Source: a virus (lineage: Duplodnaviria > Caudoviricetes). From it: 64,000 bases of DNA. The translations under genes and the position numbers were made by a program. Of the stretch, positions 56,842 to 64,000 are shown one piece after another (the first letter of the stretch is position 1; the number at the start of each line of letters is the position of its first letter). The stretch lies in IMG/VR virus record IMGVR_UViG_3300018012_000099; one strand, written 5' to 3'. The notes under the pieces are model-generated. The model was not told the DNA's origin, ran no database searches, and worked only from the letters and a program-made list of their open reading frames with translations.

Positions 56842-58152
56842 ATGGATAAAATTGCCCAAAAGAGAAGTCTTCTTAACAGATTGCACGAAATGGCCAATGT
56901 TCCAGCTCGTTCAGCTGAAGAATTCTTCAAACCAGAACTCAAAAGAGTTATGAATGTCTTAATTGATGCCGATGATGTAGTTCGTTCCACATTAGCTGGC
57001 TCGAAGGTAGGTAAAGCTACCCCAGAAGATCCTATCTCAGCCAAGGATTTACTCAAAGAGGCTAAGTCTTTCATCAATCGTCGCGAATATTTATCTGCCG
57101 TGGCCAGTTTAGGTAGATTCCACAAGAAGATGAGTGATGTAGCTAGTGTTCTCAAGAATCTTGACTTGAATGTTAATAACATTCATCACCGCTTCTTGTT
57201 TGAAAAGCTACCAGGCAAACACAAGGAACAGTTAGAGAATATGCGTTCCCGTTTTGCTAGCGAACAATCAGAATACTTTATCAAAGAAGCTAATATTATG
57301 GATTTCTTCCATAATATTGGTACACAACGTGGTCGTGCTTTGGCTGCTTGGGAGAAAAGATATCCTAAAGTAGTTGGTAAAATCCGTGAAGGTGCCATTT
57401 CTCAATTGGAGAATGCTCAAAATATGTTGGAACATTCTTTAACTTTGCTCAAGACAATGGCTTCTGCTAGAGCCGGTCGTAATATTGATGCTTATTTAGA
57501 AGCCAGTAAAGAATTAACTAACGCTTTCAATAAATATGATAATGGTAAAGGCGGTTTCAAAAATTATTATACCGATGTTATTAGACCATATTTAGATACA
57601 CAAGCTAAGATTGAAGCTGAGGAAGCCACCAAGGTCTCTGTTCCTGATTCTTCTAAGGTTTCTCCTGTCGGATCTAATTCCGACACTAGTGGTACTGTTC
57701 CTGCTGGTCCATTACCCGATGCGTTCAAACCAGCGCCCGGACCTGGTGTTACTGGTGAAACTTTGCCAGGTGTTGCTCCACCCACGCAATCATCTCAGGC
57801 TAAACCTGGCGATACTTTAAGTGTGACACCATTACCACCGCCCCCTAACGTTCCATCTGATGTGACTCCGGTGGCTCCCCATCCACCAGTGGTACCCTCT
57901 TTGCCGGTACCAAATGTTCCAGAACAATCTAAACTGGAGAAAGTACATCAAGAAATTATGAAAGAATGGGAAGCCAAAAATAAAAGTAGAACCAGTTCTT
58001 ACAACTCTTTCATTGAGTCTTTAGAGGTATTTTCTAATGAAGATCCTGCTCTATTGGCTGCGCATATTTCTACGTATGCTCGCTCCATTCAAGTTGATGA
58101 TCCAAATACTGCTATTCAATTGTTCAAAATTTCCAAATCTTTGAGGAGGTAA
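56842..58152 (+). CDS. Hypothetical head-module protein
   Basis: 436 aa; starts MDKIAQ; Pro-rich linker. Confidence 0.7.
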   Translation: MDKIAQKRSLLNRLHEMANVPARSAEEFFKPELKRVMNVLIDADDVVRSTLAGSKVGKATPEDPISAKDLLKEAKSFINRREYLSAVASLGRFHKKMSDVASVLKNLDLNVNNIHHRFLFEKLPGKHKEQLENMRSRFASEQSEYFIKEANIMDFFHNIGTQRGRALAAWEKRYPKVVGKIREGAISQLENAQNMLEHSLTLLKTMASARAGRNIDAYLEASKELTNAFNKYDNGKGGFKNYYTDVIRPYLDTQAKIEAEEATKVSVPDSSKVSPVGSNSDTSGTVPAGPLPDAFKPAPGPGVTGETLPGVAPPTQSSQAKPGDTLSVTPLPPPPNVPSDVTPVAPHPPVVPSLPVPNVPEQSKLEKVHQEIMKEWEAKNKSRTSSYNSFIESLEVFSNEDPALLAAHISTYARSIQVDDPNTAIQLFKISKSLRR

Positions 58153-58153
58153 G

Positions 58154-59281
58154 GTGGCTAATTTGGGTTCTAACTTTTATTCTAAGTTAGTACAGCTAGC
58201 CGCAGAAACAGGAATGAAGCCAGAAGATATTTTGGCAGTCATGGTTTCTGAGTCCGGTGTTAATCCTGCTGCACATAATCCTCACGGAGGTGCTACCGGT
58301 TTGATGCAATTCATGCCACAAACCTTACCAAGTGTTGGTTTTCACGGTAGCCCGTCTGATTTTGGTATGCTGTCTGGTGAGGATCAATTACCCTATATCA
58401 AGAGATTGATTGAGGGTAATATGCGTTTGAATGGTGGTCCTTTTACTAACGCTGCCCAATACTATGTAGCTGTTTTTTGGCCGGTAGGTCTTAAGTTACC
58501 TGGAGTACGTCATGGTAATCCTAATACACCTATTGTAGAAGAGAATCCAGAATCAATAGGCGGATACAGTAAAAAATATTACGATATGGGAATTAAAATT
58601 CCTGTGGGTCAAGAACGTGCTGCTTATAAAGCGAACCCACTTTTTCATGGTAATATTCCGGGCACTATCACTTACGGCGATATGATGAAGCAAATAGATA
58701 AGAATAGGAGAAATCCATTATATTCTAAAGCTTTGATGGCTATGAACGAACAAACTGGATATGAACCTGATACCATATCTCTTACTCCTATGTTGGCTCA
58801 ACGTACCAAATTACCCACACATCAATCAAATAATTTTATGGATATTTTAAATCAGTTTGTACATTACCTATCGACAGTTGCCTCTGAACAGCATACAAGT
58901 AAGAAGATATACAAGAAAATGTTACCCAATCATGATATACTTATTCAAATTACTGCGCCCGATTATACTAGCGCTATTGAATTTTCTCGTATTCTTTGTG
59001 CGGCTCTTGATGAAGAAGTGCAGGCCAGTGCGTATCCTCATACCGATGGTAGTCAAATAGTGGAAGTAGAATGCTCTATTCCTGGACCAGCTTTAGGATG
59101 TTTACAAGCTGTAGAACAATTAAATCAATCTCTTACTGAAACTTTTAAGGACGCTACCAAGAAAGTGGGTGGAATTGTAGTTAAAACTCACTGTATAATG
59201 AATAAAAAGTCATCATATCAACAAATCAGCTTGAGGACTGCTGAGACTAATTATAGAAAATTCCTCCTAAAATTTATATAA
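58154..59281 (+). CDS. Lytic transglycosylase (SLT) fused to an unrelated C-terminal domain
   Basis: ILAVMVSESG (catalytic Glu), GATGLMQFMP; GTG start after GGAGG. Confidence 0.82.
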   Translation: MANLGSNFYSKLVQLAAETGMKPEDILAVMVSESGVNPAAHNPHGGATGLMQFMPQTLPSVGFHGSPSDFGMLSGEDQLPYIKRLIEGNMRLNGGPFTNAAQYYVAVFWPVGLKLPGVRHGNPNTPIVEENPESIGGYSKKYYDMGIKIPVGQERAAYKANPLFHGNIPGTITYGDMMKQIDKNRRNPLYSKALMAMNEQTGYEPDTISLTPMLAQRTKLPTHQSNNFMDILNQFVHYLSTVASEQHTSKKIYKKMLPNHDILIQITAPDYTSAIEFSRILCAALDEEVQASAYPHTDGSQIVEVECSIPGPALGCLQAVEQLNQSLTETFKDATKKVGGIVVKTHCIMNKKSSYQQISLRTAETNYRKFLLKFI

Positions 59282-59290
59282 GGAAATAAG

Positions 59291-59722
59291 ATGGTTACCG
59301 AACAGGAAGTACAAGAACTAGCGACCAGTAGTAAGAATTCTGGAAGAACTTTAGCTGAGTTCATAGCTGAGTTATATAAAGGCAAGTTTCTAGAAATCTA
59401 TGTTGGTGATTCCTATGAAGAGATAAGTGTGGATCAAGTATCTACTTCTTATCCGGCTGTTTTTTGCGGAAAAGTAGTAACTGCATATAGAGAAGCCTTG
59501 GTCATCAATTGTGTGTTTACCAATCAAGCCAACAAGCTACAACTAGGTAATATAGTGTGCATTAGCGAAAGAGCTATCAGAGCCTTGAATGAAGTGGATG
59601 GAAAAGGAACTTTAGAAGATATGTTGCTGCGTAGCAAAGAAACTTTAGCTATCAAAGAGATGTTTATTGATCCTCCTCGCCACGCACGCCTACCACCCAC
59701 CGTACAACCACCAAAGAAGTAA
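59291..59722 (+). CDS. Hypothetical protein
   Basis: 143 aa; AGGA RBS. Confidence 0.65.
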   Translation: MVTEQEVQELATSSKNSGRTLAEFIAELYKGKFLEIYVGDSYEEISVDQVSTSYPAVFCGKVVTAYREALVINCVFTNQANKLQLGNIVCISERAIRALNEVDGKGTLEDMLLRSKETLAIKEMFIDPPRHARLPPTVQPPKK

Positions 59723-60466
59723 ATGAGAACACTCGATGAGATCGTACAACTTGCCGACAACTTTGAACAACGTTGTCAAGATAGTTTGGTAAAGATTGCG
59801 GTGGTCCGCAAATTACCAAACGGCAAGTATCGTGTACTTTCTCAAAAGGGTAAGAACTTAGGAACCTTCGATTCGGAAAAGGCTGCTAACAAACATCTCA
59901 GACAGGTGGAGTATTTCAAACACCTAGATAAGTCGCACGCCGAGGACGATACCTCCGTTATCGATTTGACTGATGCCGACGAATTTGCCTATTCTGCCAT
60001 CATGCGTAAAATGCGTGAAAAGGCTTCTAAAGAGCAGGTAACCATTTTCCTCAAGCTATTCAAAGCCGAATTCGATCGTGCCGTCAAAGCTAAGTTGAAG
60101 AAGCCAGAGCGTTTGGCTTTACAAAACGCTCTGGTCAAGTTCAACAAACTACATAAGATTAAGCTAAGCAAGAAGATGGTCAAGAGTGCAGCCGTTAGCG
60201 AGTTGGGAGACTCCAGGGCTGTTGGCGCCTATTTGGCTAATATCGTCACTTTTATTCTCAATCGTGTGCCACCTGACCATAGACTTATCGCTCGCGATAG
60301 ACTCAAGCAAAAGTTTGCTTTAATGAATACAGATGACATCGCTTCCAAACATTTGCCCGACTCCGCAGCCGTTGCTCAATCTATTACCTTTGTCAAGCAC
60401 GTGCTATTCAATCATGACTCCAACTACATTAAAGAAGTTCTTAACGCCCTGGTGAGCGCACTATGA
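59723..60466 (+). CDS. Hypothetical head-module protein
   Basis: Contains the small phage-type module VRKLPNGKYRVLSQKGKNLGTFDSEKAANKHLRQVE. Confidence 0.7.
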   Translation: MRTLDEIVQLADNFEQRCQDSLVKIAVVRKLPNGKYRVLSQKGKNLGTFDSEKAANKHLRQVEYFKHLDKSHAEDDTSVIDLTDADEFAYSAIMRKMREKASKEQVTIFLKLFKAEFDRAVKAKLKKPERLALQNALVKFNKLHKIKLSKKMVKSAAVSELGDSRAVGAYLANIVTFILNRVPPDHRLIARDRLKQKFALMNTDDIASKHLPDSAAVAQSITFVKHVLFNHDSNYIKEVLNALVSAL

Positions 60467-61248
60467 TACACCGATTGCGTAAAGTCGCAGACGGTTTGTT
60501 CCGTGGTAGCGCTCCGACACCAAAGGATGTTTTATGGCTCAAAGAAATTTTAGGCATCAAGAAGATTGTGTCTTTAGATAAAGAGGCTGGTGATAAAATT
60601 GATCGTGCTTGTAAAATGTTGGGTATTGATCATGTCAAAGCTTATATAGAAGGTGTAGATAGAAAGTCTTTGTATAATGTTTTGAGTCAAAATTTGAAGC
60701 ATCTATTAATAGATGGTGGTCCTACATATTTTCATTGTCATGAAGGTAAAGATAGAACTGGTTTACTTGCTGCTTTATTTAAGTGTAAATATATGGGCAT
60801 GGATCCGGAGGCTGCTATTACTGAAGCCAAATCTTTAGGATTTGGTGTTGGTATTCCGCCAGAGATTACTCACCTATATGAGAAGTTGATTCGCGCCTGT
60901 AAACCGCATAAAGATCCAGATGTTAATAATGCTGATATAGTCGGTAATGAAAGAGAGTATATCAGTGATAATCGCGATACTTTCTTGGATGAGAGCCGTC
61001 AAAGCTCTTGGGCTCCATACCTAGATCATACTCGTCAAAACCCAATGGATGCCGTTTATGTTTATATAAATGACCAATCTCCTACTCGTGAAAATTACCA
61101 ACAAACTTGGAAAGAGCCGAAGGAGAGGTTGGAAGAAGCAATAAATTCGCATGAAGATACCATACCTCAAGTTGGCACTTTTAATAATGATGCGGGCGCT
61201 AGAGGATTTGGACCCACCGAAAACTATAGTGGATTTTTTTATGATTAA
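60463..61248 (+). CDS. Cys-dependent (PTP/dual-specificity, Siw14-like) phosphatase
   Basis: LFRGSAP, GIKKIVSL, P-loop FHCHEGKDRTG. Confidence 0.85.
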   Translation: MIHRLRKVADGLFRGSAPTPKDVLWLKEILGIKKIVSLDKEAGDKIDRACKMLGIDHVKAYIEGVDRKSLYNVLSQNLKHLLIDGGPTYFHCHEGKDRTGLLAALFKCKYMGMDPEAAITEAKSLGFGVGIPPEITHLYEKLIRACKPHKDPDVNNADIVGNEREYISDNRDTFLDESRQSSWAPYLDHTRQNPMDAVYVYINDQSPTRENYQQTWKEPKERLEEAINSHEDTIPQVGTFNNDAGARGFGPTENYSGFFYD

Positions 61249-61876
61249 GAAAAAGGCTTACGCTGTACAAATGAGCTATGAAGTGTCTGACGATGAAAAA
61301 CGTCAGGCAGAACATGCTCTTTTGTGTTTTGAGGCATCTCTTAAAGTGCTTCAACAAGCCTCCGATCATCTCAATATTTTAAAGACTCCATTTAAAGATA
61401 ACCCGGAAATGAGTCCTGATGAGGTTATGAAGGCCCGCGCCGCCCTCCGTCGTTTTAGAGACAAATCTATCGATAATTTTAATCATTTTAAAGAAGTATC
61501 TTTTCGATGTGTTAACACCATGCAGGTTTTTGCTTCGGATACGCAATCAGTAAAATTGATGAAGTCTATGATTACTGCCATCGATGAGTTAGAGGTAGAC
61601 GTTAATAATTTTTCTGAAGTATTTGATGATTTGCAATCTAAAGATTTTTCTAAAAATGTAGTATCTGCTATCGAAAATGTCCAAAAACAGTGTGATGATA
61701 TTGAAGAGATCATTGATGAAAGAATTAAACCACATATTCAGAATAATATTCTTGCCACAAGCTGGGTGGATTCAGTTAGTCAAGATTTACAGATGAAAAT
61801 TGAAAAACAGACTCCTCTTATTATGGATTTGTATAATCAGAGGCAAGAACAGCTAAATGATGCTATTAAGGAGTGA
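61241..61876 (+). CDS. Hypothetical helical head-module protein
   Basis: Starts MIKKKAY at ATG 61241. Confidence 0.7.
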   Translation: MIKKKAYAVQMSYEVSDDEKRQAEHALLCFEASLKVLQQASDHLNILKTPFKDNPEMSPDEVMKARAALRRFRDKSIDNFNHFKEVSFRCVNTMQVFASDTQSVKLMKSMITAIDELEVDVNNFSEVFDDLQSKDFSKNVVSAIENVQKQCDDIEEIIDERIKPHIQNNILATSWVDSVSQDLQMKIEKQTPLIMDLYNQRQEQLNDAIKE

Positions 61877-61996
61877 AGCACAGTAGGTAACTAAAATACT
61901 GGTAATATCGCCACATATAATTGATTTCCATATGATTAACGGAAATTTGTAGCAATATTATATTATACCTGTGTGATCTCCCACTTGGAGAGTGTG

Positions 61997-62143
61997 ATGT
62001 TTATTAAGCACGGCGACGGAAAAATTACTGGCGTTCTTAACGAAGAAAAGCTGACAGAAGAACAAAAAAAATCTGTCGAGAAAGCCGTTAAAGAAACGCA
62101 ACCACCAACTGATACTTCTGAAGAGAAGAAATCAGGGAGCTAA
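61997..62143 (+). CDS. 48-aa small protein (below the ORF-track cutoff)
   Basis: GGAG RBS; MFIKHGDGKITGVLNEEKLTEEQKKSVEKAVKETQPPTDTSEEKKSGS*. Confidence 0.7.
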   Translation: MFIKHGDGKITGVLNEEKLTEEQKKSVEKAVKETQPPTDTSEEKKSGS

Positions 62144-62146
62144 TAC

Positions 62147-64000
62147 ATGCCATTTAACAAATACGGTGAAACTGTTGAGATTAGAATTGAAAACACGGAA
62201 TCGTGTATTCCAGCAGTGAGTCCTGAGATTTTGGAAAACTTCCAGAAGTTTGCTACCAATCTGAAAAAGATTGCGCCAAAGGCAGAAGACTTCTTGTACT
62301 TTTCTGCGGTTATGATGCACGCTGCTGAAGCAGCCGCCCTCAATGACGATGGCACCCCAAGAATGACCGCCAAGGGCGAAGCCGCCCAAGTGAGCTGGGA
62401 TAAAAGCAATAATACTTGGAAATGGGTATCTAATGACCCTAACATTAAGCCATATAAGAATTCTAATGGCGACATTTTCCCCGAAGAAGAATTAGTTAAA
62501 GCACATAAAAAGTGGGTTCACAAGCCTCTTTGCATCGATCATAAGTCCAGTTCGGTAGATCATGTAAGAGGTTTTATTGTTGATACATATTATGATCGCA
62601 ATCTCAAGCGAGTGATTGCGTTATGCGCTTTGGACAAGGCAGGCTATCCTCAATTAGCTAGAAACGTCTCTACGGGCATTTCTAACTGCGTCTCCATGGG
62701 TACGGCTGTGGGTCGTGCTATCTGCACCGATTGCTCCCGTGTGGCTCGTACCGAACAAGATTTTTGTTCTCATATGAAGAATAAGTCTTGCTACGGTGAA
62801 ATCAATATAGACTTGAATCCAATAGAATTATCAATAGTAATGAATGGAGCTGATCAAAGAGCTACCATTAAGCATGTTCTAGCTGCTGCCAATACCCTCA
62901 ATACTTATGTTGAGAATAAGCAAAAGGAATTAGCCAAATTAGCTGATCTGAGTTTTTCAGCTAGTTTGATCGTAAATGACCCACAAGGTATTGAAGGTGG
63001 TGGTTCATCTACCTTCCAGGTAAATGGAAATAATATAGATAAATTCAAGGCCGATCTTGATGAAGCCTTCCAAAGATTGACCGAAATAGCCAATGCTGCA
63101 AAAAAATCTGAAAAAGATACTAATCTTTCAGCATTTAATCAATCGTCGGGCTCCATCTCTATGGATGAAAGTGCCGAAACAGATTCTGGATTGGCTCTCC
63201 AAACTCCGCAAACCGTTAGGTTTGCATCTGCTGATGAGGCAGGTATCAGTGAGCTTCGTGAAGTTACAGCTGCTATCGAAGCCAAACTCAACCAAATGAA
63301 ACACAGCTTGGATAAGTTAGCACAAACTTCTATAAAAACACAAGAGGAAACAATGACTGGATCAAACGAACTGAATAAGAAGGGTTACTACCAGGGAGCC
63401 GGCGGCGTGAATGAGCCAACTCCAGGTCAAGCAAAATATCCTAAGGACCCCCTCAACGAACAACTTCGTGAGAATGAGGATAAACAAATGGTAGGTCAAC
63501 CACCTTTCCCAGGTGTGGGCCCAGTTGATGGAATGCACCCTTCTCCGGGTTCTGCGGATCCATCTGATGAACTACAACGTAAGAAGATGTTAGCCCGTGC
63601 CGAAGCTGAAGAGCGCGCATTGCGTCGTCAAGCTATCGTCAACTTGGCTAAGGAAGCCTTGCAGAATAAGGAAGCTTATTTCCAAGGTGGCGGTGGTGTT
63701 AACGAACCCACTCCAAACAAGCCAAAGTATCCTAAGGACAAGCTCAACGAAGAGTTGCGTGAGTACGAAGATAAGCAGATGGTTGGTCAACCACCTTTCC
63801 CGGGCGTCGGTCCAGTCGATGGCTTACATCCTTCTCCTTCTTCCGCTGATCCTAAGGACGAGTTGAAGCGTAAACAAATGCTCGCTCGTGCTAATGCTCT
63901 CACTGGTCGTTTTACCAAAGCTGCTAATGAAGACGGCACTCTCAACCAGGGCAACAGTGCTTGGGAAATCTTCCTCGGCGAGAAGCTCTTGTTAACTGCT
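62147..64000 (+). CDS. Prohead protease-scaffold polyprotein, 3'-truncated by the window (absent from the ORF track)
   Basis: Open for 618 codons from MPFNKYG; NSNGDIFPEEEL, IDH, VSMG, C..C...FC.H, ELSIV..GAD assemblin/HK97-like protease pattern, followed by helical and repeat regions. Confidence 0.8.
   Translation, partial: MPFNKYGETVEIRIENTESCIPAVSPEILENFQKFATNLKKIAPKAEDFLYFSAVMMHAAEAAALNDDGTPRMTAKGEAAQVSWDKSNNTWKWVSNDPNIKPYKNSNGDIFPEEELVKAHKKWVHKPLCIDHKSSSVDHVRGFIVDTYYDRNLKRVIALCALDKAGYPQLARNVSTGISNCVSMGTAVGRAICTDCSRVARTEQDFCSHMKNKSCYGEINIDLNPIELSIVMNGADQRATIKHVLAAANTLNTYVENKQKELAKLADLSFSASLIVNDPQGIEGGGSSTFQVNGNNIDKFKADLDEAFQRLTEIANAAKKSEKDTNLSAFNQSSGSISMDESAETDSGLALQTPQTVRFASADEAGISELREVTAAIEAKLNQMKHSLDKLAQTSIKTQEETMTGSNELNKKGYYQGAGGVNEPTPGQAKYPKDPLNEQLRENEDKQMVGQPPFPGVGPVDGMHPSPGSADPSDELQRKKMLARAEAEERALRRQAIVNLAKEALQNKEAYFQGGGGVNEPTPNKPKYPKDKLNEELREYEDKQMVGQPPFPGVGPVDGLHPSPSSADPKDELKRKQMLARANALTGRFTKAANEDGTLNQGNSAWEIFLGEKLLLTA
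63377..63892 (+). repeat. Two 75-aa direct repeats (63377..63601 and 63668..63892) in the protease-scaffold ORF
   Basis: K(KG/EA)Y(Y/F)QG.GGVNEPTP...KYPKD.LNE.LRE.EDKQMVGQPPFPGVGPVDG.HPSP.SADP.DEL.RK.MLARA; 291-nt period. Confidence 0.9.

Noticed and set aside
555-62475. Long antisense or alternate-frame ORFs (e.g. 555..1085, 26181..26609, 32164..32673, 56327..56771, 62140..62475)
   Set aside because: They lie over well-supported + strand genes, have no RBS or motifs, and are explained by codon bias or low complexity
1-64000. Bacterial chromosome origin (topA, dnaE, recA, tig, dnaJ, def, rpsU)
   Set aside because: None has its usual operon neighbours; terL, portal, single-strand gene packing and many homing endonucleases indicate a phage
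1-64000. tRNA, rRNA or tmRNA genes
   Set aside because: No cloverleaf or T-loop (GTTCRA) structure recognised, and the gaps are short; tRNAscan-SE/ARAGORN would be decisive
1-64000. Stop-codon reassignment
   Set aside because: Conserved genes are full-length under code 11, and TAA, TGA and TAG all end genes at plausible positions
42426-64000. Major capsid protein, phage-nucleus shell, tubulin or phage RNA polymerase genes
   Set aside because: No recognisable motifs in this window; the capsid gene probably lies downstream of the protease ORF

Overview
This window is a fragment of a large lytic dsDNA tailed phage (jumbo/huge-phage-like), read with standard code 11. About 85 tightly packed genes lie on the + strand; I support only one small gene on the - strand (9597..9749). 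1-42.3 kb holds replication, recombination and host-takeover genes: TopA, AAA+ ATPase, ribosomal bS21, MT-A70 methyltransferase, peptide deformylase fused to SEC-C, primase zinc-binding domain, SbcD/SbcC, dNMP kinase, Cas4-like exonuclease, trigger factor, M41-like peptidase, DnaE, UvsY-like protein, RecA, gp32-like SSB, RuvC, DnaJ, primase catalytic core and a sigma region-4-only protein. 42.4-64 kb is a head-morphogenesis module: terminase large subunit, portal and a prohead protease-scaffold ORF that runs off the window end. It also contains a CCA/poly(A)-polymerase-like nucleotidyltransferase, a lytic transglycosylase and a Cys-dependent phosphatase. Eleven AT-rich free-standing homing-type endonuclease genes are interspersed, five of them from one HNH family, plus one McrA-like HNH. 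I found no tRNA, rRNA, CRISPR array, intron or intein. Best leads: (1) a head-cluster nucleotidyltransferase whose NTP-template motif is changed (EDxxR to SNxxR); (2) a recurring K-x-A/G motif across head-module proteins that may be a prohead-protease cleavage code releasing packaged enzymes; (3) a near-complete nascent-chain processing kit; (4) a primase split over 27 kb; (5) an in-frame second copy of the DnaE C-terminus behind its stop codon; (6) a shared motif upstream of replication operons. All calls come from motif recognition by eye. No database search was run, so novelty is not established.
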